Source: an uncultured cyanobacterium | Lineage (GTDB): Bacteria; Cyanobacteriota; Cyanobacteriia; PCC-9006; JAAUQQ01 | NCBI GenBank assembly: GCA_963718615.1 | Contig: OY970368.1 | Span: 3,424,001-3,488,000 of the forward strand | DNA: 64,000 nucleotides | Direction of reading: 5' to 3' | Shown: one piece after another, positions 31,184 through 40,778 of the stretch | How positions within the stretch are numbered: position 1 is the first letter of the stretch | Layout: every line of letters begins with the position of its first letter | Made by a program: the position numbers and the translations under genes | The notes under the pieces: generated by a model | Database searches by the model: none | The model's input: the letters and a program-made list of their open reading frames with translations, nothing else | What the model was told of the DNA's origin: nothing

Positions 31184-31538
31184 GCCGCTTTACACAACTT
31201 AACCTCTCCCCCATCATAACGAGGTCTTGCGAGGCAGGCTGCAATGGGAGCCTTTTGCACCTGTGGCCCTCGGCCCCCAGAACCCTTCTCCCATCAGCCG
31301 ATGACCAAGTCCCGCTAAATTTGCGCGTATTCTCGGAGGAAAATCTTTTATCATGGATAAAGGGTCATCGCCTTGGGCATCTGCATTAAAGAAGCTTCAG
31401 TAAAATTACTGCTGGCTACACTAAATCTAAACAATTTTACTGCGGGATATTGCGTACCATAGGGTTACGTATTACACGCGCTTGATTGGCATGAACAGCG
31501 TTCGGCTTCCTACACCCGTGCAGACTCAGGAAGGGGCA

Positions 31539-32654
31539 ATGTCCTCTATGGCGAAGGTTTTGGTGATTGAAGATGAAGAGTCCGTACGCTTCAACATTTT
31601 GGAATTGTTGGAGGCTGAGGGCTTTGATGCCGTTGGAGCCGCCGGGGGTCAACAGGGGGTGGCGCTGGCCTTGGCGCTTAAGCCGGATCTGATTCTTTGT
31701 GATGTAATGATGGCGGATTTGGATGGCTATGGCGTTCTAGAGCAATTGCGGACGCGGCCCGACACCTCCATGATTCCGCTCATTTTTGTTACTGCTAAAA
31801 CCGCCCGTTCAGATCTGCGCCAGGGCATGAATTTAGGTGCGGATGATTACCTGACTAAACCGTTTAGCCATCGAGAATTATTGGAGGCGGTCAAGGTTCG
31901 CATTCGTCGTCATCATCAGGTGACAAAGCTGCAACAGCAGCTCCAAGCCTTGCAACGGTTGAATATTCTCAAGGATGATCTGATTAGTTCGGTATCCCAC
32001 GACATGCGATCGCCCCTGATGACCATGAAGCTGGCGATCGAAATGCTGCAAATCAAACCCGATTCCCCCCAACGAGAGCATTATCTCAACATCCTCAAAC
32101 AAGAATGTCTGCGGGAAACCGAGTTGGTCGACAACCTCCTGGAACTGCAGCAGTTGGAAGATCAGGGAGAGCGGCTCCAGCCCGAATCGATTGATGTCGT
32201 TACGTTGCTGGGTGAGCTGGCCCAACGGTTTCAGCTACGAGCGGATTCTGCTCAGCAGCGCCTAGCCCTGCGCGTTGCTGAAGACTTGCCTCCCCTCTGG
32301 TCCAATCGCCAAAAATTAGAACGACTGCTGGCAGAGCTGGTCAACAATGCCTGTAAATACACCCCTGAGGGCGGCACGATCGAGCTGGTGGCTCAAACCG
32401 TGGGCCTGGGGAAACCGCGTCTGAGTTTGCAGGTGCGCAATTCAGCGCCGATTCCGCCCCAGGCGCTGCCTCGGCTGTTTGAGAAGTTTTATCGCGTGCC
32501 CGAGGGCGATCGCCGCAAACAAGGGGGCAGCGGTTTGGGGCTGGCGCTGGTGCAGCGTCTGGTGCGCTTACTTCAAGGTAAAATTTCCGTCACGAGCAAC
32601 GAAACCTGGACGACCTTCACCGTCGAATTACCCCTTCAGCTTCGTCTGTCTTAG
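31539..32654 (+). CDS. Hybrid receiver-histidine kinase
   Basis: N-terminal receiver (VIEDE, ILCDVMM, YLTKPF), H-box SHDMRSPL, NACKYT, GGSGLGL. Confidence 0.92.
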   Translation: MSSMAKVLVIEDEESVRFNILELLEAEGFDAVGAAGGQQGVALALALKPDLILCDVMMADLDGYGVLEQLRTRPDTSMIPLIFVTAKTARSDLRQGMNLGADDYLTKPFSHRELLEAVKVRIRRHHQVTKLQQQLQALQRLNILKDDLISSVSHDMRSPLMTMKLAIEMLQIKPDSPQREHYLNILKQECLRETELVDNLLELQQLEDQGERLQPESIDVVTLLGELAQRFQLRADSAQQRLALRVAEDLPPLWSNRQKLERLLAELVNNACKYTPEGGTIELVAQTVGLGKPRLSLQVRNSAPIPPQALPRLFEKFYRVPEGDRRKQGGSGLGLALVQRLVRLLQGKISVTSNETWTTFTVELPLQLRLS

Positions 32655-32711
32655 TTTGTCTCGGCTGTGTTTTTGCCGTATTTCTGCCGTGTTTCTGCAT
32701 AGAAGGTACCT

Positions 32712-33617
32712 GTGTTGACCCGTCTTCAATATCTCATTCGCGAAACCTGGATTGGGTTGCGGCGAGGGGGCTGGATGAATTGGGCTGCGATCAGTACGGT
32801 CACAGTCCTCTTATTTTTGCTGGGGTTAGGGCTGCAAACCACTTGGCAAATCGAACGCCTCGTCAATCAATTTGGCAGTCAGCTCGAAGTCAGCGCCTTT
32901 CTCAAAAGCGGCGTGGAAGCCAGTCGCTTGACCCCCTATGTCCGTCAATTTTCGGGGGTAACAGCCTTGGAAACCATCTCCAAGGAAACCGCCTGGGCCG
33001 ACATGGTCCAGGAGTTGGGGCTCAAGGATGTCCAGGGCGCAACGGAACAGCTCAATGGTAATCCGCTGGTGGATGAGATTCGGGTAAAGGCGCGATCGCC
33101 CGAAGCCCTACCTAAACTGGTCGAACAACTGCGGGACCTCAACGGGGTTGATGAGGTTCAATACCTGCCCGAAGTCCTCCAGCGTTTGCGACAGCTTAAC
33201 CAAGGGCTCAATTGGCTGGGTCTAGGGGTCGTTTCCTTACTCACCCTCACCGCCCTGGCGGTCATCACCACCACCATTCGTCTGATTGTGGTTGCCCGTC
33301 GCCGAGAAATTGAAATTATGCAGCTCGTGGGAGCCACCTCCCTCTGGATCGCGTTGCCGTTTATTTTGCAAGGGCTCCTGTTTGGGCTCTGCGGTGGGGC
33401 GATCGGCTGGGGACTGATCCAGCTTGCCCAACATTTTCTGCTGCAACAGGTCAGCGACCAACCTGAATTTATTCAAACCCTTGTGGGGGGGCTCCAGCTC
33501 GATCCCCAACAGCACTTCCGTTTGCCCTTGATTCTCTTGGGCTTTGGCGGCGGGGTTGGGGTTGTGGGCAGCCTCTTTGCGGTCGGCCAAGTCTCGGCCC
33601 AGCGCCAATCGGCCTGA
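32712..33617 (+). CDS. ftsX: Cell-division ABC permease FtsX
   Basis: RRGGWMNWAAISTV, GNPL, TTIRLIVVARRREIEIMQLVGAT..I..PF; four TM segments. Confidence 0.9.
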   Translation: MLTRLQYLIRETWIGLRRGGWMNWAAISTVTVLLFLLGLGLQTTWQIERLVNQFGSQLEVSAFLKSGVEASRLTPYVRQFSGVTALETISKETAWADMVQELGLKDVQGATEQLNGNPLVDEIRVKARSPEALPKLVEQLRDLNGVDEVQYLPEVLQRLRQLNQGLNWLGLGVVSLLTLTALAVITTTIRLIVVARRREIEIMQLVGATSLWIALPFILQGLLFGLCGGAIGWGLIQLAQHFLLQQVSDQPEFIQTLVGGLQLDPQQHFRLPLILLGFGGGVGVVGSLFAVGQVSAQRQSA

Positions 33618-33678
33618 GCCCTAACACAAATTCCCCTTCCCGATAGAGCCCTTTTCCCAATAGAGCCCTGGTTTATAG

Positions 33679-33974
33679 CGCAACTGCTCCATCGTCGCGT
33701 TGCGTAGAACCATTGAACTTTTGAGCTTAAAATCACGCCCTCATTCTCTCAGCCCTGCGTACGTCCGGAGATCCGACGCAACCTACCCAGAAGGGCTGTT
33801 CCCCCTAGAAATTGAAGTTGCTTAGACACCATTGGCATGACCCCGTTGTAGCAATTCAGACTAGTGAACATCATGACGCTAAATCAACCGGTGTTCGCTC
33901 TGTTTACCGCTTTCCGGCAGAGCAGAGCGGCAGTCGCTGGGGGCTCATCTCAGGGCCCATTGTTTTAGCGTTAT
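33679..33974 (+). ncRNA. Candidate large structured RNA of unknown family
   Basis: Four consecutive base-paired domains with several G.U pairs that work only on the + strand; details in the findings. No family assigned. Confidence 0.6.
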
Positions 33975-33987
33975 TAGGAAACAAAAC

Positions 33988-34224
33988 ATGGGAACACGTG
34001 CAAATCCGGATAATCACCACACCCGTTTCAAAGGTCGGGGTCTTGGAACTCGCCATAAACAAGCGCCTTTGAGCGTTTTGGTTCATCATGAGATGGACCA
34101 GTATGTGCGAGCTAAACCCAGTAAGTCTGACTGGCTGCGGGAGGCCATCTCCGAAAAAATTGAGCGAGAAGGCTGGATCCTTGAAAATGACCACTTGGTG
34201 GAAGTGATGAAACGCTGCGGCTAG
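33988..34224 (+). CDS. Small CopG/ribbon-helix-helix-like protein
   Basis: AGGA RBS; PLSVLVHHEMDQYVRAKPSKSDWLREAISEKIERE has a strand-helix-helix pattern with the SxWLREAI helix; followed by a terminator. Confidence 0.65.
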   Translation: MGTRANPDNHHTRFKGRGLGTRHKQAPLSVLVHHEMDQYVRAKPSKSDWLREAISEKIEREGWILENDHLVEVMKRCG

Positions 34225-34263
34225 GTCGAGTTGCAAGAGACTCTTTCTTCTTTGAAAAGATTC

Positions 34264-34318
34264 AGTCCCTAAACCCCGCTGGGTGATGTACACCGGCAGG
34301 GAGTTTAGGGGCTTTTTT
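34264..34318 (+). terminator. Intrinsic terminator
   Basis: AGTCCCTAAAC...GTTTAGGGGCT long hairpin followed by TTTTT. Confidence 0.7.
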
Positions 34319-34482
34319 CTTGCGTTTCTGACTGAGCAGCAGGTTATAAAAATGGGCATTCTGAAGAAGGTAGTCAGGGAATTGTCATCGATATAGCACT
34401 AACACTGCATTGCTAGGGCCTGCAACAGGGTGCTTGAACCCTAAGGACGGACTAACTCCATTACGTTCCCTCTGCTTCTCCT

Positions 34483-34911
34483 ATGTCTAAACCGACGATT
34501 CTCTGCGTAGATGACGAGTCCATTATTCTGAGTAGTCTCAAGCGTCAGCTCAAGCAAGCGTTTCGAGACCAATATCTTTACGAAAGCGCCGAAAGCGCTG
34601 ACGAAGCCCTAGAAATTATTGAAGAGTTAGAAGAAGAGGGAGCCCACGTTATTGTCATTGTTTCTGACTGGCTGATGCCCGGAATGAAAGGGGATGAGTT
34701 TTTGTCGTTGGTGCATCAGCAGTTTCCCCATGTGCTCAAAATTTTGCTAACGGGTCAGGCGGATGATGCCGCCATTAGCCGCGCCCGCAGTGAGGCCGAA
34801 CTCCACCAATGTCTAGCTAAGCCTTGGGATGCTCAAGAGTTAATTGATTCTATTCAGTCCGGTTTAGCCCACCTAGAAGCAGGCAACCTGCTGCCTATCG
34901 AGCCGGGATAG
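34483..34911 (+). CDS. Single-domain response regulator
   Basis: ILCVDDE, IVSDWLMPGMKGDEFL, LLTGQ, LAKPW. Confidence 0.92.
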   Translation: MSKPTILCVDDESIILSSLKRQLKQAFRDQYLYESAESADEALEIIEELEEEGAHVIVIVSDWLMPGMKGDEFLSLVHQQFPHVLKILLTGQADDAAISRARSEAELHQCLAKPWDAQELIDSIQSGLAHLEAGNLLPIEPG

Positions 34912-34969
34912 GCGATCGCCCACGACAAAGTCCCGTCCACCGTTAAGATTCCTCATCCTGACTCTAGCT

Positions 34970-37816
34970 GTGCTATTGCCCCACGCTCCTGCGCCCATTT
35001 TCAAAGTTGGCATTCTGCATTCCCAAACGGGGTCGATGGCGGTGAGCGAGATGCCGCTGATTGATGCCGCGCTGATGGCGATCGAAGAAATCAATCAGGC
35101 CGGTGGAATTTTGCATCGTCCGATTCATCCGGTGATCGGCAACGGTGCGTCTTCTCCAACGGGATTTACAGCTCAAGCCCGTTATCTTATGCATGAACAG
35201 CGTGTGACTACGCTATTTGGTTGCTGGAGCTCGGATACTCGCAAAGCGCTTCTGCCCCTGTTGGAGGAGGCGAATGGGCTCCTCTGGTATCCCCTACAGC
35301 ATGAAGGTTTGGAGGCCTCGCGCAATATTTTTTATACGGGGTCCTGTCCTAACCAGAAAATTGAACCTGCGGTGGATTGGTTTACTCAACATCGGGGGAG
35401 CCAGTTTTATTTGCTAGGCTCCGATGACGTTTTCCCCCGGACAATTCATAAAATTATTCGCTCTCGGTTGGTTCAACAGGGGGGGCGGGTGGTGGGCGAT
35501 CGCTATCTGCCTGTGGGAACCCTCGATTTTCAAGACATCATCGAGGAGATCCAGCGGAGCAAGCCCGCTGTGGTTTTTAATACCCTCAGCGGCGAGAGCA
35601 ACCTTGCCTTCTATCGACAGTTCTATGAAGCGGGTATCACCGCCGAGAAGTTGCCGATTCTCTCCGTCAATTTTTCGGAAACGGACCTCAATTTTCTGGG
35701 GGCAGCGGCGATCGGTCACTACGCCGTTTGGAACTATTTTCAAAGTTTAGAGACCTCGGCCAATCAAGCCTTTGTTCAGCGGTTCAAGGCTCGGCACGGT
35801 CTGGCACGGGTGACGTCGGATCCGATTGAAACCGCCTACAGCCAGGTGTATCTCTGGAAGGAAGCGGTGGAGGCAGCTCAGTCCTTTGATGTGGATGAAG
35901 TGCGGGTGGCAGCCTACGGGGAAAGCTTTGCTGGGCCAGGGGGAGTCTTAACCCTAGAACCGAACCACCATGCCTGGAAATATTGTCGAATTGGCTGTGT
36001 ACAGCCGGATGGACAGTTCAAAATCGTCTATAACAGCCCGGACCCGATTAAACCGTTGCCCTGGTTAGGGGTTGAAGAAAGCGAATTTAGCGGTGCCGCA
36101 GCGGTCATTGACATGCTGGCAGAGGTCAGCCAAACGGTTCAAAAAAACTGGGTGATTGAGCAAAAATCCAAGATTTTGGAGGAAACGACCCGCCTCCTGG
36201 AGGCCGAAATTACCGAGCGACAGCGGGCGGAGCAGGAGGTGCGGCTGTTGTTATCCATCAGTCAGGTGATTAATCAAGCCCCCAATCTAGAGAGTGCGCT
36301 CAAATGTGCGCTGCAACAGCTTTGTCAGGTCACGGGTTGGCCCTACGGCGAACTGTGGTGGCCCAATGCCGCTGTCACCCAGCTCAAATGCAGCCCCATC
36401 TGGCATTTGGAAGAGAACCGCCTCACACCGGAACAGGGGGGAGCACTCAAGCAATTTCGCTGTTATACCGAACAGACCACCTTTGAAATCGATGAGGGCT
36501 TTTTGGGGCAGGTCTGGCAAACCGGACGAGCCCGCTGGAGTCGTCAATTTGGCCTGTACGGAGCCGTGGGAGTGCCAATTTTGAGCCCTCAGGCGGTGGG
36601 CCTGATGGGGGAGGGGGAGACCGAGGCGATCGCCTCCAGCACCGGCAAGCCCAAAGTCTTGGCGATTCTGGTGTTTTTGCTGCCAGAACTACGGGAGCAA
36701 AGCAAACGTTTGATCAAGCTCATCTCAGCGGTGGCCGCCCAACTGGGAACCGTCGTTCAGCAGAAAAAAGCCGAAGAAGCCCTGCGCCACAAAAACGAGC
36801 AGCTCGCCAAAACCCTACGGCAGCTCAAGGCCACCCAGAACGAACTGGTTTTATCTGAAAAAATGGCAGCCCTAGGTCAGTTAGTGGCGGGCGTGGCCCA
36901 TGAAATCAACACACCGCTGGGCGCGATTTGTTCATCCGTAGAGTACATCAGTGACTTTCTGGCTCAGGACCTAGAGAAACTGCCGGATTTCTTTCACGCC
37001 CTCTCGGATCAACGTCGTCAACTGTTTATTGAACTAATTCAAAAACTACGCCGCCCCGAACCCTTTTTATCCAACCGAGAACGGCGACAGGTGCGTCGCA
37101 AGCTGACGAAGAAATTGGAGGATCAAGGCATTGCGGAGGCCCATGGTTTAGCCGATTTGCTGATTGATTTGGGAATTTATGAGCAACCGGATTTGTTTCT
37201 GCCCATTTTGCAGGAAGAGGCGGATGGCCAAGAGTTTTTGGAGATGATGCAATGTATCTTGGGGCTTTACGGCAGCTCTCGGGATATTGCCCTCGCCGCT
37301 GAACGGGCCTCGAAGGTGGTGTTTGCGCTCAAAACCTACTCCCACTACGATCACACCGGCACCCAAATTGAAGTCAATGTTTTGGATGGACTGGAAGCAG
37401 TGCTGACGCTCTATCAAAATAAGTTCAAAAGCGGGGTAGAGCTAGTGCGTAACTATGGCGATGATTTGCCAATGCTGCTGTGCTATCCCGACGAACTCAC
37501 TCAAGTTTGGACCAATTTAATTCACAATGCGCTGCAGGCGATGAATGGCAAAGGTCGGTTGCTTTTAGAAGTCCGCAATTTGAGGCATGCGATCGAAGTC
37601 TGCGTCACAGATTCGGGCTGTGGGATTCCGGAAGAAGTCCGTCAGCATATTTTCAAACCCTTTTTCACGACTAAACCCCCTGGCGAAGGCAGCGGTTTAG
37701 GGCTCGATATTGTGCGAAAAATCATCGAGAAACATTGTGGGACGATCGCCATTGATTCGATTCCTGGACGCACGACCTTTGCGGTGACGTTGCCCCTTAC
37801 TGCTGAGCAAATTTAA
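34970..37816 (+). CDS. Histidine kinase with N-terminal UrtA/AmiC-like ligand-binding domain and GAF domain
   Basis: KVGILHSQTGSMAVSE..FGCWSS..LLWYPLQHEGLE (UrtA-like), GAF-like WPYGELWWP, H-box VAHEINTPL, NALQAM, GEGSGLGL. Confidence 0.88.
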   Translation: MLLPHAPAPIFKVGILHSQTGSMAVSEMPLIDAALMAIEEINQAGGILHRPIHPVIGNGASSPTGFTAQARYLMHEQRVTTLFGCWSSDTRKALLPLLEEANGLLWYPLQHEGLEASRNIFYTGSCPNQKIEPAVDWFTQHRGSQFYLLGSDDVFPRTIHKIIRSRLVQQGGRVVGDRYLPVGTLDFQDIIEEIQRSKPAVVFNTLSGESNLAFYRQFYEAGITAEKLPILSVNFSETDLNFLGAAAIGHYAVWNYFQSLETSANQAFVQRFKARHGLARVTSDPIETAYSQVYLWKEAVEAAQSFDVDEVRVAAYGESFAGPGGVLTLEPNHHAWKYCRIGCVQPDGQFKIVYNSPDPIKPLPWLGVEESEFSGAAAVIDMLAEVSQTVQKNWVIEQKSKILEETTRLLEAEITERQRAEQEVRLLLSISQVINQAPNLESALKCALQQLCQVTGWPYGELWWPNAAVTQLKCSPIWHLEENRLTPEQGGALKQFRCYTEQTTFEIDEGFLGQVWQTGRARWSRQFGLYGAVGVPILSPQAVGLMGEGETEAIASSTGKPKVLAILVFLLPELREQSKRLIKLISAVAAQLGTVVQQKKAEEALRHKNEQLAKTLRQLKATQNELVLSEKMAALGQLVAGVAHEINTPLGAICSSVEYISDFLAQDLEKLPDFFHALSDQRRQLFIELIQKLRRPEPFLSNRERRQVRRKLTKKLEDQGIAEAHGLADLLIDLGIYEQPDLFLPILQEEADGQEFLEMMQCILGLYGSSRDIALAAERASKVVFALKTYSHYDHTGTQIEVNVLDGLEAVLTLYQNKFKSGVELVRNYGDDLPMLLCYPDELTQVWTNLIHNALQAMNGKGRLLLEVRNLRHAIEVCVTDSGCGIPEEVRQHIFKPFFTTKPPGEGSGLGLDIVRKIIEKHCGTIAIDSIPGRTTFAVTLPLTAEQI

Positions 37817-37841
37817 TGGGTCATGGGTAATGGGGGCAATT

Positions 37842-38756
37842 TTAATGAACGGGTAGAACGGGTCGTGTCTGGCGGGTGATTTCTAGATAAACATGCTCTA
37901 GGCGTACTGGGTGGAGCGCTGCCCCATCTAAGGGGATGCCCTCAAAGGCGTCGAGCAGCGATCGCAAATTCATCGCCTGAGGTAACCACAGCCCCACGTC
38001 GCTCCCATACTTTCGGGTCGTATATCCCAACGCCTGGGCGCGGGCGATCGCCTGCCTCGGCTGAGTTGTTTCAAGGACTGCAATTTGCTCCGCCTTCACC
38101 CAGCGCCGCAGTTCTGCCTGAGTGCCCTCGGCTAAGAGCTTGCCTTGACGAATCATGCCAATCCGCTGACAGAGCCGTTCGGCCTCTTCGAGCAGGTGAG
38201 TAGTGAGCAGCACGGTGACCCCTTCCCCTTGGAGTTGACGAATCAGTTCCCAAATTTCGTAGCGGGCTTCGATGTCAAGGCCGGTGGTGGGTTCATCCAG
38301 GATGACGAGCTTGGGATGGTGGATGAGGGCGATCGCCATACTCAACCGCCGCTGCATTCCCCCACTCAGGGTTTCGGCGGGACTGTGCGCTCGGTCTAGC
38401 AACTGGACCCGTGCCAGACAGCGTTCCACCCGCTCTCGCCGTACCGCACGGGAGAGACCATAGATCTGGCCAAAAAAGTTTAGGTTTTCGGCACAACTCA
38501 AGCTGGGATAAAGCAAGTTTTCCTGGGGTGCGACGCCGACCAGAGACTTCGTCCGATGGGAGGCCGGTTGTCCTGCAATCGAGACGCTCCCGCCATCGGG
38601 TTGCAGCAAATTACAAATCAAATTAATCGTCGTACTTTTGCCCGCCCCGTTGGGACCCAAAAGACCATAGACCTGGCCCGGTGGAATTTGCAAGGTGAGC
38701 TGGTCGAGGGCGAGGCGATCGCCATATTTCTTGGTCAGGTTCTTAATCCGCAGCAT
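37842..38756 (-). CDS. ABC transporter ATP-binding protein
   Basis: GPNGAGKST, LSGGMQRR, ILDEPTTGLD, TTH. Confidence 0.95.
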   Translation of the reverse strand: MLRIKNLTKKYGDRLALDQLTLQIPPGQVYGLLGPNGAGKSTTINLICNLLQPDGGSVSIAGQPASHRTKSLVGVAPQENLLYPSLSCAENLNFFGQIYGLSRAVRRERVERCLARVQLLDRAHSPAETLSGGMQRRLSMAIALIHHPKLVILDEPTTGLDIEARYEIWELIRQLQGEGVTVLLTTHLLEEAERLCQRIGMIRQGKLLAEGTQAELRRWVKAEQIAVLETTQPRQAIARAQALGYTTRKYGSDVGLWLPQAMNLRSLLDAFEGIPLDGAALHPVRLEHVYLEITRQTRPVLPVH

Positions 38757-38759
38757 CCT

Positions 38760-39530
38760 CTACAGCCTCCGTTCTACCTGCAACATCCGACGATAGGACA
38801 ACCAACCCATGAGGGTGACCCCCAGGGCAAAGATCGCCAGAAAGCTAAAGTGGTCGCTAATTTCGCTCAGGGTTTTGCCCTCAGCAACCGTCCCTGAAAG
38901 GGCTTCATTCATGTGGTAAACGGGATTAAACCGGGCCAAGTCGATTAAGACCTGGGGAAAAAACTGCGCGGGCAAAAAGACACCGCCCAGAATCAAGAGC
39001 GGTACGCCAAAGGCCGCCACCAGCGCATTAACATCCTCGGTGCGGCGAGCAAACTGGGTCCCCAAAATAAAGCCGACCCCCACATAGGCCATGACGCTGA
39101 GAAAGATAATCAGCGCCCCCAAAATTAATTCTTGGAATTCGGCCCCGGAGAAGAGGGCGATCGCCACCACAATCAGCGTCTGCCCCAAGGCAATAAAGCC
39201 ATGGGCAACAAAAATCCCGAGGAAATAGGACAACCCGCTCAAGGGCGACATAAACAGCCGCTTCAGCGTGCGCTGCTCCCGCTCCGCCACCACCGTGGCT
39301 ACGCTGCCCCCCAGACAGCTAAAAAACAGTGCCGCTCCCACGAGGGCACCCGGAGCCGCCGATTCATAGGCCTGAGCCGTTGGGATATGAGCCCGCTCCG
39401 CCAAAATCAGGCTATTCAAATACAAAATCGTTGCGGGAAAAATGGCCCAAAACAGCAAGCTGCGGCGACGACGCACCAGCTCGGTCAAAATTCGCTGGGC
39501 AACAGCCCAGGTTTCCTGCCAATAGCGCAT
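38760..39530 (-). CDS. ABC-2 type transporter permease
   Basis: Six hydrophobic segments, EREQRTLKRL and NPVYH motifs; abuts the ATPase gene. Confidence 0.9.
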   Translation of the reverse strand: MRYWQETWAVAQRILTELVRRRRSLLFWAIFPATILYLNSLILAERAHIPTAQAYESAAPGALVGAALFFSCLGGSVATVVAEREQRTLKRLFMSPLSGLSYFLGIFVAHGFIALGQTLIVVAIALFSGAEFQELILGALIIFLSVMAYVGVGFILGTQFARRTEDVNALVAAFGVPLLILGGVFLPAQFFPQVLIDLARFNPVYHMNEALSGTVAEGKTLSEISDHFSFLAIFALGVTLMGWLSYRRMLQVERRL

Positions 39531-39760
39531 GAAAGTTGGAAAGCGGCTTTAGGAAGCGGCAAAAGATGGGTAAAAAACCTACCTCCTGAATTTACCCTCA
39601 CGGAGGATTTTCGTAACCGGGGCCAATGACCTTGATTGGACTTGATCAGGCCCGATTGGTCTTGATTTGCAGATTTCCCGAGCCGATTCCGCCAGAGACC
39701 ACGCTCCCCTATGATGGTTTCGCAGTTGATCACGCTGTTGATGCAAGAGGAGCGATCGCC

Positions 39761-40462
39761 ATGTCCGACCCCGTTACGCTAATGAAACAAGAAGTGGGCC
39801 GTGCCGCCGCTCAGCGGGTTCAGTCCAATTCCATTGTGGGTCTTGGGACTGGATCCACTACAGCCTATGCCATCCAGTACATCGGCGAACGCCTTCAGTC
39901 GGGCGAAATTGAAAATATCAAGGGGATTCCCACCTCATTCCAAGCTCGGGTGCTGGCCAAACAGTACGGCATTCCGCTGACAACCCTGGATGAAGTGGAT
40001 CACATGGATGTGGCGATCGACGGCGCTGACGAAGTTGATCCCCAGAAAAACCTGATCAAGGGCGGTGGCGCGGCCCATACCCAGGAAAAGATCGTCGATT
40101 CCCTCGCAGATTTGTTTATCGTGGTGGTGGATAGCGGCAAACTCGTGGACCATTTAGGTTCAACCTTCCTGTTGCCGGTGGAAGTCCTGCCCATGGCCAT
40201 GACGCCGGTGACCCAAGCCCTAGCAAAGCTCGGTGGCAAACCGCAATTGCGCATGGGGGTCAAAAAGGCTGGTCCGGTGGTCAGCGACCAAGGCAATTTA
40301 ATTATTGATGTGAAATTCGACAGCATTCCGGATCCGGCGGGTCTGGAAAAGGAAATCAACAATATTCCTGGTGTGCTGGAGAACGGTCTCTTCGTTGGCG
40401 TGGCAGATGTCATTCTGATTGGCGAAGTCAAGGACGGTCAACCCAGCGTTCGTGAGCTCTAG
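39761..40462 (+). CDS. rpiA: Ribose-5-phosphate isomerase A
   Basis: [45 protein letters not shown] precedes ATG 39761. Confidence 0.97.
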   Translation: MSDPVTLMKQEVGRAAAQRVQSNSIVGLGTGSTTAYAIQYIGERLQSGEIENIKGIPTSFQARVLAKQYGIPLTTLDEVDHMDVAIDGADEVDPQKNLIKGGGAAHTQEKIVDSLADLFIVVVDSGKLVDHLGSTFLLPVEVLPMAMTPVTQALAKLGGKPQLRMGVKKAGPVVSDQGNLIIDVKFDSIPDPAGLEKEINNIPGVLENGLFVGVADVILIGEVKDGQPSVREL

Positions 40463-40778
40463 AGAACCGGTTCATGGGACTGATTAGCTGTGCTTATGTC
40501 CCACTCACTGAAAAACGTAAAGTTTTATAACGGGTTTTCGGTATTTCCAGTTACAATCTGACTGGGAATTGAATCGACTAATACAGAAATTCAAAGGTAA
40601 GTTGGGATCTTACCTAGGGATTTTCCGAAATTGAGAAACCACAACATTAGCAATTTTGTTAATGGAAGAGAGTCAGCCCTGCCACGGCTGGCTCTCTTTT
40701 TGTCGCCCGCTCCAGATTGGGTCAAAATGGTCAGCAAAGCCTGAACTCAAGAATCTGAATCTACAAGGTCTAAACCCT

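Noticed and set aside
33990-34010. Cobalamin riboswitch-like GGGAAcacGTGCAAATCCGG
   Set aside because: The downstream CCCGCAACTGT core and B12 box are absent, and the match lies inside the small ORF.
33840-34022. 6S RNA (ssrS) identity for the structured segment
   Set aside because: There is no single long rod with a central bubble. The fold is multi-domain, and an apparent - strand closing stem relies mostly on G.U pairs and overlaps a credible ORF.
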